A stretch of 64,000 nucleotides of DNA. It comes from Candidatus Altarchaeum sp. (GTDB lineage: Archaea; Altiarchaeota; Altiarchaeia; Altiarchaeales; Altiarchaeaceae). This document shows, one piece after another, positions 50,338 to 60,309 of the stretch. The stretch covers positions 1 through 64,000 of the forward strand of contig JAGWDQ010000044.1 of the NCBI GenBank assembly GCA_018260615.1. Direction: 5' to 3'. The notes below the pieces were generated by a model. It was not told where the DNA came from, searched no databases, and saw only the letters and a program-made list of their open reading frames with translations. Each line of letters opens with the position of its first letter. Positions within the stretch are counted from its first letter, which is position 1. The position numbers were made by a program, and so were the translations under genes.

Positions 50338-50490
50338 TTATCTTGCTAAAATTGTCTTTGAAATAGGCGGTCTCTTTTTAAACCACAAATCCGAGCCCCT
50401 TGTTTTACACTTTATACATTTCATCCTGTTTCGCTTTATTTCTTCGTAAGTGTTCTCATTTCCGCATCGCAAACATACATACTCTGACAT
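50338..50490 (-). CDS. rpoP: RNA polymerase subunit P (Rpo12); not in ORF track
   Basis: MSEYVCLRCG...MKCIKCKTRGSDLWFKKRPP; downstream of rpl37ae. Confidence 0.85.
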   Translation of the reverse strand: MSEYVCLRCGNENTYEEIKRNRMKCIKCKTRGSDLWFKKRPPISKTILAR

Positions 50491-50536
50491 GTTCAATAAA
50501 ATTAATATCCGAATTTTTAAATTTTTTATTAAATTT

Positions 50537-50773
50537 TTAAATTTTTTTTATAACCTGTGAGGTATAAGCACCGCCTGCAAATTTTACTTTACATCCTCCG
50601 CACTTCCATATTCCCGCTTCCAGCCGGACAACTTTTTTCTTTCCGCATTTCGGACATTCATGCATTTGCTTGCTGGCATCTTCTATTGCATTTACATCTT
50701 CTTTTGTTCTTTTTCCTATTCTTGCGCCAAATCTCCCGCATCTTCCGGCCTTCTTTGTGTGACTATAAACCAT
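50537..50773 (-). CDS. rpl37ae: 50S ribosomal protein L37ae
   Basis: GRFGAR, CPKCGK, GIWKCGGC, GGAY. Confidence 0.95.
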   Translation of the reverse strand: MVYSHTKKAGRCGRFGARIGKRTKEDVNAIEDASKQMHECPKCGKKKVVRLEAGIWKCGGCKVKFAGGAYTSQVIKKI

Positions 50774-50920
50774 CTTATATTTTGTTAATAATTTTGTTAA
50801 TAAAATTTTCGTAATATATTTGTTTTTTAAATTTAAATTTCAACATAAATTTCAACAACTTAAAAATTTGTTGTCTAATACTAAATTTATTATATACAAT
50901 AAAATAAGCAAAATAATTAA

Positions 50921-51643
50921 ATGGAAAATTTTTCGGTGATTTTGGTTGAGCCGATTTACGGAGGAAACATCGGCTCGGTTGCAAGGGTTATGATGAATTT
51001 CGGATTCAAAAATTTAGTGATGGTAAATCCGCCCTTAACCGGAATTGATGCAATGAAATTTGCGGTTCATGCAAAGGAAATTGTCCAGAATGCAAAAATT
51101 TTTAAGTCCTTTGACGAAATGGCGGAAAATTTTGATTTATTAATCGGTACAAGTGCAGAAATTGCAGGGGGTAAAAATTTTATCAGAACGCCGATTTCTT
51201 CTGCCAAAATCGGAAATGTGGTTAATGCTGATGGAAATATAGGACTCGTATTCGGAAGAGAGGACTTCGGATTGTCTGATAAGGAAATAGAAAAATGCGA
51301 TATTCTTGTTACAATTCCTACGGATAAAACTTATAAGTCGTTAAATTTATCTCATTCCGTAGCAGTCATTCTTTATGAGCTTGTGAGGGAAAAAAATTTA
51401 AGGGGAGCAAATTTGAAAAAGATGAAGCTAGCAAATAAAACTGAAAGAGATGTTATGCTTGAAAAATTCACGGAATTAGTCAGTGTGTTTGAGCTGGGGG
51501 ACTTCAGAACACGACTTATAAGAAAGACATTTAGAATAGTTACCGGAAGGTCATTTGTATCCGGGAGAGAGTGCAACACGCTTACAGGCGTTTTCAGGCG
51601 TGCCCGCGAGCTGATTGAAAAACAAAAAAAGGAAAATATCTGA
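50921..51643 (+). CDS. TrmJ-family SPOUT RNA methyltransferase
   Basis: P..GGNIGSVAR, FGRED.GL, SLNLSHSV. Confidence 0.9.
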   Translation: MENFSVILVEPIYGGNIGSVARVMMNFGFKNLVMVNPPLTGIDAMKFAVHAKEIVQNAKIFKSFDEMAENFDLLIGTSAEIAGGKNFIRTPISSAKIGNVVNADGNIGLVFGREDFGLSDKEIEKCDILVTIPTDKTYKSLNLSHSVAVILYELVREKNLRGANLKKMKLANKTERDVMLEKFTELVSVFELGDFRTRLIRKTFRIVTGRSFVSGRECNTLTGVFRRARELIEKQKKENI

Positions 51644-51659
51644 ATTAGTTATCGGATAA

Positions 51660-51900
51660 AAGAATGAATATCGTACCGGAAAGTTCGTTTTATGAGCCTC
51701 ACACGGAGACACAGAGACACAAAGGGGTTATATTCTGTAATCCGGTGACTTTGTGGCTTTTAAAAATTTCACAAATTTTTAAAGATTGAAAATCTTACAG
51801 ATTTTCAGTATTTTCAAAACCCAAAGGTTTTGAAAATCTCCGAGCAACAGCGAGGTGAACAGCGAGGTTATTGTGTGAAGATTATTCTGATTTTTTAATT
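51660..51900. repeat. Repeat cluster (families A, B and a CTCACAC...GTGTGAG hairpin family)
   Basis: 51672-51760 is the reverse complement homolog of 4620-4713. Confidence 0.85.
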
Positions 51901-51991
51901 GATTTGTCTGAATTACTTATTTATTTATAATCCTAATATCTAAAACAAAATATAAATATACAAAGCATTAACATAATAAATATAAGTAAGG

Positions 51992-52675
51992 ATGGTTACG
52001 GAAAAGAAAGAAAAAGAAGGGAAAGTACCTGCATCCGGAAAGGAAAAAGCAGGAAAGGATGAAAAGACCTCTAAAGAAGCGGTAACTTCAAAGAGCAAAG
52101 AAGCACCGACATCGAAGGGAAAAGAAAAGAAAGAGGTTAAAGCAGCCGGAAAGGAGATCAAAGCGCAGGCACACAGGATTGTCCGACTATTAGAATATAC
52201 ATTAAACGGGGATAAAAAAGTAAAAGAGGTAATAAGAGATATTAAAGGTATAAGCCACAGAACTGCATCATTGCTGGCGAAAAATTTAAATATGAAAGAT
52301 AAATTACTTGCGGACTTAAATGATGAGGAAATTTCACATCTGGAAACAGGCCTTAAAAATATAAGTGCTATTGTGCCTTTGTGGATGCTCAATCACAGAA
52401 ATGATCAGTTTACCGGCTCAAATTTACACCTTGTCGGAACTGATATGGAAATTGCCCTGAAAAATGATGTTGAATTTATGCAAAAAACAAAGACCTACAA
52501 GGGAATCAGACATACGCAGGGACAACCTGTCAGAGGGCAAAGAACACGAACATCTTTTAGAAAGGGTAAGAGTGTCGGAGTGGTTAAGAAAAAAGAAGCA
52601 CCTGCAACAGCAGCAAAAGGAGATGCGGGAAAAAAAGTAGCACCTAAAGGCAAGACAGCCCCTCCGAAAAAGTAA
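51992..52675 (+). CDS. rps13: 30S ribosomal protein S13 with Lys-rich N-terminal extension
   Basis: IKGI, WMLNHRND, YKGIRH..GQPVRGQRTR. Confidence 0.95.
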   Translation: MVTEKKEKEGKVPASGKEKAGKDEKTSKEAVTSKSKEAPTSKGKEKKEVKAAGKEIKAQAHRIVRLLEYTLNGDKKVKEVIRDIKGISHRTASLLAKNLNMKDKLLADLNDEEISHLETGLKNISAIVPLWMLNHRNDQFTGSNLHLVGTDMEIALKNDVEFMQKTKTYKGIRHTQGQPVRGQRTRTSFRKGKSVGVVKKKEAPATAAKGDAGKKVAPKGKTAPPKK

Positions 52676-52728
52676 AGTAATAAAAATAATAAATTTGTTA
52701 TTTAATTTTAAGTTAGTTATACTTTAAA

Positions 52729-53379
52729 ATGGGTATTAAAAGATTTGATAAAAAATATTCCACACCCAGGCACTTATGGCGTGGTGAAAGAATTAGCAGC
52801 GAAACAGAAGTTATGAACAGATACGGACTCAAAAACCATAAGGAAATTTGGAAGGTGCTCTTTAAATTAAGCAGATGGAGGGAGTTGGCAAGACATCTTA
52901 TTATAAATAAGGATTTAAAAGGAACCGATGAACTTTTAAATCCGATTATGAACATAAGTTGTCTGAAAGAGAAAAAATTAGAAAGTGTTTTTGAAATATC
53001 TCCGAATGATATGCTTGAAAGAAGATTGCAAACTGTTGTTTTTAGAAAGGGCCTGGCACAAACAATAAAACAGGCAAGACATTTTATAACTCATAAACAC
53101 ATACTTATAGACGATAAAGTAGTAAATGTCCCCGGATATATTGTACATAATGATGATGAAGGCAAAATAACATGTGACCTGATTGTAGATACAAAGACAG
53201 ATAAAAAAGTAAAAGAAACATCTGCAAATGAGAAAGCATATCCTGCACCATTATACAGGAAAAGACCCGAAAGAAGGGGCCCAAACAGAAAACATATTAA
53301 AAAGGTAGATTTCAGAAAACAATTTAATAATTCCGGCAAAAAACAGAAAAATGCAGATGCGGACACAAAGAAGAAATAA
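52729..53379 (+). CDS. rps4: 30S ribosomal protein S4
   Basis: PRHLW, YGLKNHKEIW, LERRLQT, QARHFITHKHI. Confidence 0.95.
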   Translation: MGIKRFDKKYSTPRHLWRGERISSETEVMNRYGLKNHKEIWKVLFKLSRWRELARHLIINKDLKGTDELLNPIMNISCLKEKKLESVFEISPNDMLERRLQTVVFRKGLAQTIKQARHFITHKHILIDDKVVNVPGYIVHNDDEGKITCDLIVDTKTDKKVKETSANEKAYPAPLYRKRPERRGPNRKHIKKVDFRKQFNNSGKKQKNADADTKKK

Positions 53380-53443
53380 AAAACATAAACAAATAAATAT
53401 AAATCAATAAACTATAAACTATAAATAACAATCATACCTTAAA

Positions 53444-54055
53444 ATGTCAGAAAATATTAATAAGGATAAGGAAGTTAATGTTAAGACAGAAAATCCTGCG
53501 AATAGTTTATCAACAGAACAGACTGCAAAAGAACAAATTACCGATGAAAATAAACAAAAGACAGAAAATGCATCGGCATCTGTTCAAACCACAACAGACG
53601 AAGCAAAAACAAAAGTAACCGAAGAAGTAAAACCAAGTGAAAAAAAGATAGAAATGATAGGTGGGGTAGAAAAGAAAGGTCTTTGGGGGGTTTTACATAT
53701 TTATTCATCACCGAATAATGCAATTTATCAGGTTACTGATTTAAGTAATTCGGAAACAATTGTCACAAAATACGGAAAACAGATGGTTACCGCAGATAAG
53801 GATAAACCGACACCTTATGCGGCAATGAAGGCAATGGGAAAAATTGTTGAGGTATTAAGAGAAAAAGGTATTGCAGGTGTTGATGTTGTAGTCAGGGGTC
53901 CGGGCGGACATACGGGTCCATGGTTTCCGGGTAAGGCGGCACAGGCAGCTATAAAACAACTTGTGCGGCTAAATTTTCCAATCGGTAAAATTTCAGATAA
54001 TACACCAATTGCTCACGGAGGATGTACTCCGAAGAAGACAAAGAGGAAAAAATAA
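53444..54055 (+). CDS. rps11: 30S ribosomal protein S11 with long N-terminal extension
   Basis: HIYSS.NN, TPYAAM, TPIAHGGC. Confidence 0.92.
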   Translation: MSENINKDKEVNVKTENPANSLSTEQTAKEQITDENKQKTENASASVQTTTDEAKTKVTEEVKPSEKKIEMIGGVEKKGLWGVLHIYSSPNNAIYQVTDLSNSETIVTKYGKQMVTADKDKPTPYAAMKAMGKIVEVLREKGIAGVDVVVRGPGGHTGPWFPGKAAQAAIKQLVRLNFPIGKISDNTPIAHGGCTPKKTKRKK

Positions 54056-54082
54056 ATAGTAGTAAAATACAGATATGATAAA

Positions 54083-54278
54083 ATGGAAATATCCAATTTC
54101 AAAAAGAACGGAAATATTGTAACATTCACCGTAAAGGGTATGGAAATTAACTTTTCTTTTCTTTAAAAAAGAAAAGAAAACACTACGAAAAGAAAAAAAA
54201 TTTAAAATAAAAATTTAATATGGACATATCAAACTTCAAAAAGAACGGAAATATTGTAACATTCACCGTAAAGGGTAT
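54083..54278 (+). repeat. Duplicated rpoD start (59 bp) flanking a T/A hairpin element
   Basis: 54083-54141 vs 54220-54278, 3 mismatches. Confidence 0.9.
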
Positions 54279-54801
54279 AAACACAGCAATGGCAAATGCT
54301 ATTCGCAGAGCAATAATTACAAATGTTCCGATAGCTGCAATAGAAAAGGTAACAATTGATAAGAATTCATCTGCGCTGGCTGATGAGATACTTGCTCACA
54401 GATTGGGATTAATACCTTTCAAAACGGATATAAAAAATTTTATAGATACAAATGTTTCATTAGATGTTATAAATGATTCGGACAAATTAAAAACCATCTA
54501 TACAAGGGATTTGAAATCGAGCAATCCGGATATTATTCCTGTTTATGACAACATGCCAATAGTAAAACTCTCAAAGGGACAACAAATAAAACTTGAAGCG
54601 ACAGTAGAGCTGGGGAAAGGCAGGGAGCATGTAAAATGGCAGGGCGGTCTGGCAAGTTACGAAATTAACGAAGAAAATAAATTTAACTTTTTTGTGGAAT
54701 CATTCATGCAATTAGATGCCGATGAATTAATCAGTGCGGCATGTGACGAATTAATTAAAGAAAACGAACAATTCAGGAACTTTGTTTCAACAATAAAATA
54801 A
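54220..54801 (+). CDS. rpoD: RNA polymerase subunit D (Rpo3)
   Basis: ANAIRR, NSSAL.DEILAHRLGLIP, GREH.KW. Confidence 0.95.
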   Translation: MDISNFKKNGNIVTFTVKGINTAMANAIRRAIITNVPIAAIEKVTIDKNSSALADEILAHRLGLIPFKTDIKNFIDTNVSLDVINDSDKLKTIYTRDLKSSNPDIIPVYDNMPIVKLSKGQQIKLEATVELGKGREHVKWQGGLASYEINEENKFNFFVESFMQLDADELISAACDELIKENEQFRNFVSTIK

Positions 54802-54846
54802 TAAAATAAATTTAACCGCAAAATTTAATAATTAATAAATTAAAAA

Positions 54847-55212
54847 ATGGCAAGAATATTTAAAAATCCAAATCCGTTAAGGGTCAAACTTGTAGATGAT
54901 TTAAAAAATTTTAATACGGATAAGAATTACGGAATTTGGAATAAAGTGATTAAGGAATTGTCAAGGTCAAGGAAAAACAGGAGAAATGTAAATTTATGGA
55001 AAATAAATAAAAATACAAATGAAGGGGATGTTATTGTCGTGCCGGGAAAAGTGCTTGGGCATGGAGAAATCGGACATAAAGTTACAATTGCAGCGTTTGA
55101 ATTTTCAGAAGGTGTAAAGCAAAAAGTAACAAACAATAATGTGCGACTAATGTCAATTTATGAATTGTTTAATGAAAATCCAAAAGGAAGTAATATTAAA
55201 ATAATCGGTTAA
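54847..55212 (+). CDS. rpl18e: 50S ribosomal protein L18e
   Basis: VNLWKIN, VPGKVLG, NPKGS. Confidence 0.95.
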   Translation: MARIFKNPNPLRVKLVDDLKNFNTDKNYGIWNKVIKELSRSRKNRRNVNLWKINKNTNEGDVIVVPGKVLGHGEIGHKVTIAAFEFSEGVKQKVTNNNVRLMSIYELFNENPKGSNIKIIG

Positions 55213-55358
55213 AAATGATTGTAAATGCTGAAGGGCAAAGGTTGAACTTTTCTTTTTTAGAAAAAAAGAAAACATTCAGAAAAGAAAAAACACAAAAATA
55301 AATTTATAAAATTTATATATTAATATGATTTGTTAAAAATGATTGTAAATGCTGAAGG
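55208..55358 (+). repeat. Duplicated rpl13 start (27 bp) flanking a T/A hairpin element
   Basis: 55208-55234 identical to 55332-55358. Confidence 0.9.
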
Positions 55359-55821
55359 ACAGGTTCTCGGAAGAATGGCATCTTTTGTGGCAAAAAGGGT
55401 CTTGAGGGGAGATCAGGTAATAGTAGTTAATGCTGAAAAGGCATTGATTTCAGGAACAAAAACAGGAATCCAGACAGAAGCAGACAGAAGATTAGGTATA
55501 AGAAACTGGGGAAACCCAAAAAAAGGCCCTTATATGATGAAACGGCCTGATAATTTTGTGAGAAGGGCCATAAGAGGAATGTTGCCATATAACAAAAACA
55601 GATACGGAGCGAGAGGTAGAGAAGCGTTCAAAGATGTAATTGTATTTATGGGCGTTCCGAAAAAAGAGATAGAAAAATACGACAAAACTTTCAGGCCCGC
55701 AAATATTAATGAAATTTCCGATAAAAACATACAAAAAAAACCACTGAGAAAATACGTGTATGTATCTGAATTTTGTAAAATTTTGGGCAATAAAACAACA
55801 ATAAAACAAAATACTATTTAA
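55339..55821 (+). CDS. rpl13: 50S ribosomal protein L13
   Basis: LGRMASFVAK, VVNAEK, RRAIRGMLP. Confidence 0.95.
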   Translation: MIVNAEGQVLGRMASFVAKRVLRGDQVIVVNAEKALISGTKTGIQTEADRRLGIRNWGNPKKGPYMMKRPDNFVRRAIRGMLPYNKNRYGARGREAFKDVIVFMGVPKKEIEKYDKTFRPANINEISDKNIQKKPLRKYVYVSEFCKILGNKTTIKQNTI

Positions 55822-55867
55822 AATAAAAAATAAATAAGAATTAGATAAAAATATAAGAATTTAAAAA

Positions 55868-56272
55868 ATGGTTGTAATATCCGCAAAAAGAAAAGAATGT
55901 ATTGCAAGGGCGCATGCAGAAGAAGGAACAGGTAAAATAAAAATAAATTCATCGTCATTAGATGTTTATCAGCCGCAATTGTTAAGGGAATATATAAAAG
56001 AGCCGATTTTACTTGCCGATGATTTGGTTGACATGAACAAAATCAATATATCTATTAATGTTCATGGAGGAGGCGTTTCAGGAAGGAGTGATGCAATACG
56101 TTCGGCAATTGCAAGGGCACTGATTGATTATACCAAAAACGAAGTCCTGTTGAAAAGATATATGGAATATGACAGGCGGTTGATTGTAAATGATGTCCGG
56201 CAGACAGAGCCGCATAAACCGGGTCAAAGTAACAAAGGTCCAAGACACCAGAGACAAAAATCATACAGATAA
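55868..56272 (+). CDS. rps9: 30S ribosomal protein S9
   Basis: GGGVSG, YDRRL.V.DVRQTEPHKPG, QKSYR. Confidence 0.95.
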   Translation: MVVISAKRKECIARAHAEEGTGKIKINSSSLDVYQPQLLREYIKEPILLADDLVDMNKINISINVHGGGVSGRSDAIRSAIARALIDYTKNEVLLKRYMEYDRRLIVNDVRQTEPHKPGQSNKGPRHQRQKSYR

Positions 56273-56319
56273 AAACAATAGTTAAATTTTCAGAATTAAA
56301 TTTTAAATTTTCATAAAAG

Positions 56320-56787
56320 ATGGCACATATGCATTCAAAGAGAAAGGGAAAGTCGTCCTCAAAAAAAGTAGTTAAATTCGGAATGTCTCCATGGATACTG
56401 ATGGACAGCGAAAATTATGATGAGAAAAAAATAACGGATGTAATTGTCGGACTGAAAAAATCCGGAGAACTTCAAAGTAAAATAGGACATAAATTAAGAG
56501 ATATTTACGGGATTCCTTCGTCAAAAGAATTTTTCGGAAAGAAGTTAGGAAAGGTCTTAAAGGAAAACAATGTTCGTCCCGAGATTCCGGAAGACATATA
56601 TAACTTAATGAGAAAAGCGGTAATGTTAAGAAAGCATTTGGGAATTCATAAAAAAGATATTCATAACAAAAGAAGTTTGTTATTGGTAGAGTCAAAAGTC
56701 AAACGGCTTGCCAAATACTATATAGGAGAAAAGGTTTTACCATCAAACTGGAAATACGAGCCGGAAAAGATGATATATGAGGTCTGA
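56320..56787 (+). CDS. rps15: 30S ribosomal protein S15
   Basis: MAHMHSKRKGKS, IPED, ESKVKRL.KYY. Confidence 0.95.
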   Translation: MAHMHSKRKGKSSSKKVVKFGMSPWILMDSENYDEKKITDVIVGLKKSGELQSKIGHKLRDIYGIPSSKEFFGKKLGKVLKENNVRPEIPEDIYNLMRKAVMLRKHLGIHKKDIHNKRSLLLVESKVKRLAKYYIGEKVLPSNWKYEPEKMIYEV

Positions 56788-56858
56788 TGCGGAAGAATAA
56801 TTTTTTCACACCGCTTCGTATGTTTTATTTTTTAAATTTATTTTTGAACATAAGAAAT

Positions 56859-57098
56859 ATGCATTACGTTGAAATTTATTCGGAGATTGAAGATACAAGA
56901 AAAGGTGATGTTTTAAGCAGAGTCGTAAATTTTGATAATGTTCATTTGGACCGTTTGGATATTTTTACATTTTATGATGCAACGGATAAATGTATGCTGA
57001 TTACCAAAATAAAATGTGCTCATTTAAAGACATTAAATAATACAATTCATGATTTGCTTAAAACACAAAATTTAGCCGAAAAAATTTTGGAAATTTAA
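56859..57098 (+). CDS. KEOPS complex Pcc1-like subunit
   Basis: About 79 aa, follows rps15; TL..TI.DLL pattern. Confidence 0.55.
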   Translation: MHYVEIYSEIEDTRKGDVLSRVVNFDNVHLDRLDIFTFYDATDKCMLITKIKCAHLKTLNNTIHDLLKTQNLAEKILEI

Positions 57099-57111
57099 TT
57101 TTTGCTGGTAT

Positions 57112-58002
57112 TTACTTTTTAATTAAATTTTCCGCCAATTCACCTGCAATCAATTCGCTTAAATCAATCTTTGCTACTTTATTCGGAATTGAATTTGTCG
57201 CAACGAGTTCGTCGGCAAGTGTTTTTAATATTAAAAAATTTTCATTATCGCAGAATACGCCGTGAACACACGCTAAATTTATACTTGCCGGATTTTGTTT
57301 TTTTATGATCTTCAACGCTTCAATCATAGTTCCACCGCTTGAAATTATATCATCTGCTATCAGAACATCCTTTCCTTCAACACCTAAATTTTTATCCTCT
57401 ATTACTATTTTTCCAGTTACCCTGTCTCTTTTTTTGACAAGATAATTGCTTTCGCATTTTAAAATCTTCCCACATTCTTTAGCTGTATCCAACGCTCCTT
57501 CATCCGGCGATATGACCTTTGGATTTTTTAAATTTTTAAAATATTTCGCAATTTCAGAAAACGCATCCATGTTGTAAATTTCAATCCCTTCGTATTTAAA
57601 CTTTCTACTTTTCCTGAACTGCTGGTTGTGGGAATTTATGAGAAAAATTTTATCAGCATAACTGTTCAAATTTTTTAATATTACTTCCGCACTTAATGCC
57701 TCGCCTTTGAGAAAAATTTTATCCTGCCGCATATATGTCAAATAAGGAATTACCAGATTTATACTTTTTGCTTTGCTCCTTTTTATAGCATCCAATATCA
57801 AAATTGCCTTTAGAAATTCATCACTATTGTAAATACTTTGGACAACAACGCAATCCTCGTTTTCAATATTGCTGATTACTCTCGCATAGAACTCGCCGTC
57901 TGGAAATTTCTTTAATAAAATTTCTCCATCCATAACATCTAAATTTGCATTTTTTTCCCTTAATTTTTTCCCAACATTAAATCCGAATTCAAAGATATAC
58001 AT
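57112..58002 (-). CDS. prs: Ribose-phosphate pyrophosphokinase
   Basis: FPDGE, YMRQDK, SPDEGA, DDIISSGGT, HGVF. Confidence 0.95.
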   Translation of the reverse strand: MYIFEFGFNVGKKLREKNANLDVMDGEILLKKFPDGEFYARVISNIENEDCVVVQSIYNSDEFLKAILILDAIKRSKAKSINLVIPYLTYMRQDKIFLKGEALSAEVILKNLNSYADKIFLINSHNQQFRKSRKFKYEGIEIYNMDAFSEIAKYFKNLKNPKVISPDEGALDTAKECGKILKCESNYLVKKRDRVTGKIVIEDKNLGVEGKDVLIADDIISSGGTMIEALKIIKKQNPASINLACVHGVFCDNENFLILKTLADELVATNSIPNKVAKIDLSELIAGELAENLIKK

Positions 58003-58026
58003 TTTAAAATTTTGTTTCCATACTAC

Positions 58027-58250
58027 ATCACCTCACTTACGCTCACTTCGTTCCACTCACTTCGTTCGTGTCTTTTCAAAACCTCACCTCACTTCGTTCG
58101 GAGATTTTCAAAACTCTGCGTTTTGAAAACTGCGGTTTTGAAAATCGTGTATTTTCGGGACAAGCCCGAAAATCGTTCGGAGATTCTCAAACAAGTTTGA
58201 AAATCACCTCGTTTTACTCGGAGATTTTCAAAATCTGCGATTTTGAAAAT
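58027..58250. repeat. Family A repeat cluster
   Basis: TCACCTCACTTCGTTCGGAGATTTTCAAAA units. Confidence 0.9.
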
Positions 58251-58373
58251 AGTGCAATTTAAACAAAAGATATATATAATTAAGTTTTAAAATAAATTAA
58301 TAAAAGAATAACAAAGCGAAACCACTCTAAATTAAAAATTAATTAAAAATTTTAATTAAAATTATAAAAAAAT

Positions 58374-58958
58374 ATGTTCCTCACCCATTCCCTTATAAAG
58401 CCAGACACCGTTGAACTGCGAAAGTATCAGGAAGCGATAATCGCAACATCGGCAAATAAAAATACAATAGTTGTACTTCCGACGGGACTTGGAAAAACGC
58501 TGATTGCCGTAATTGTTGCCGCACATCGGCTGGATAAATTTAATGGCTCAAAGGTTCTGTTTTTAGCACCTACCAAGCCGCTTGCAGTACAGCATGCAGA
58601 GACATTCAGACAAATTTTAAATTTAAAGGACGATGAAATTTGTGTATTCACATCGGCAACACCGACAAATAAGCGAAACGACTTATGGGAGAAATCACGG
58701 GTTATTCTGGCAACGCCTCAAACGATAGACAACGAAATAATGAAAAATTTAGATTTGAGCAATGTTTCTTTTCTGGTTTTTGATGAAGCACACAGAGCAG
58801 TCGGAAATTATGCTTACGGGTTCATTGCAGGCGAATATATGAAAAAAGCAAAGCATCCGCTGATTATGGGATTGAGTGCTTCTCCGTCATCTGATATTGA
58901 GAAAATTTCGGAAATTTCAAAAAATTTGTTCATACAGTCGGTTGAAATAAGCACTTAA
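58374..58958 (+). pseudogene. 5' duplicate fragment of hef (helicase motifs I-III only)
   Basis: 58404-58925 identical by eye to 61297-61818; stop after SVEIST. Confidence 0.9.
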
Positions 58959-59117
58959 ACATAATTTTAAACAGCGAAAAATTTGATTTAACCTTATCAA
59001 GAAAATTTTTAAACAAAATCAAATTTTTAACGTTCAAAAATTTATTTAATTTAAATACTTCTAATCTAAATTAATTTACAACAATTTACAACATGTCCAA
59101 TGTTTAATTTATTTAAA

Positions 59118-59633
59118 ATGAAAAACACAAATAAAATTTTATTAGGGGTTGGAATAAGTTGTATTTTTGTTATACTAATGGCTTTTGTAATGGCTACTGA
59201 TAATGGAATTGAGAAAGCGTTAAACAAAACAACAAACTAGAGTAGTAAATATGATTCAATTGCTGTCCAGGCAAATAATTCAATTCTTAACGAAGTAAAA
59301 AACAAAACCTTGTTTGATAAACCCTTAAATAACTCATACTTGCCCAAAATCGGAAAAAAGGGGATAAATTTTTTAGTTATAGGAGACAAAGTAGTATATT
59401 ATGATGTGAAAGGTGGAACTTCTAAAAAATACACATTAAATGAAAGTGAATGGAAAGATTTAATAAATATCAAAAAAAGAATGAATAATTCAATTGATGT
59501 GTTGGTAATTAATGATTTTGTTATTAAAAAAAATCATGGACTTATTGAAAATAACATAACTTATGTGGAAATAGATAAAAATAAAATATATAAGAAGGTA
59601 ACTGCTAATATAAGCGCAAAAATTGAAAAATAA
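59118..59633 (+). pseudogene. Exported protein gene with in-frame TAG at codon 41 (59238-59240)
   Basis: Signal-like N-terminus from ATG 59118 is in frame with the 59310-59633 ORF. Confidence 0.65.
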
Positions 59634-59647
59634 CCTAAAACTCAAAA

Positions 59648-60130
59648 ATGTCAAGAAAAATAAAAATTTTTGATTTCAAAAAAGCGTGGAATGATAGAAT
59701 AGAAAGGAAAAATATAATTATGTTTATTTTGGCGGTAGCGTTAGGATTAGTTTTAATATCATTAGCCATAACATCCAAATGTATGTCGCTATTATTCTCA
59801 TTTGGATATTTAGGAGATCTTGGCAAAAATTGTGATGTTCGTATACCTATTGATTTTGTTATCCTTGTGTTATTAGTACTAATCTATGAATTTATATTTA
59901 CAGAACATACAAGAATTATCGGAGTATGGTTTGCAAATTTACAAGAGAGGTGGGGAGGAAATATGATTGTATTTAGTTATTTTGCGAGTGTTGGTTTTTT
60001 TGGAGGTATCTTGCAATACTTGATGCCCCATTCTACGATACCTGTGTTGGTATTTGGTGCGCTCTTTATGATCGCTTTCATTTATTCCCTTATTCCAATT
60101 TCATGGCTCAAAAAAATTAAAAAAATATAA
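59648..60130 (+). CDS. Hypothetical membrane protein (about 4 TM)
   Basis: ORF with hydrophobic segments. Confidence 0.65.
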   Translation: MSRKIKIFDFKKAWNDRIERKNIIMFILAVALGLVLISLAITSKCMSLLFSFGYLGDLGKNCDVRIPIDFVILVLLVLIYEFIFTEHTRIIGVWFANLQERWGGNMIVFSYFASVGFFGGILQYLMPHSTIPVLVFGALFMIAFIYSLIPISWLKKIKKI

Positions 60131-60309
60131 AACAGCAAAAATGGAGATTAAAATATTTTCACTGTCTGAAAATAGCAATAAAGAAATAAAAAACAAAACA
60201 ATAGACATGTTGCGAAATAATTTTCAATTTATTGCTACAATATATTCATAATAATTTCAATAAACCATATAAACTATTTCACAACAACTCTATTATTTTA
60301 CAGTAAAAA

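Noticed and set aside
58012-58262. ORFs 58012-58200 and 58068-58262
   Set aside because: They are translations of the repeat cluster
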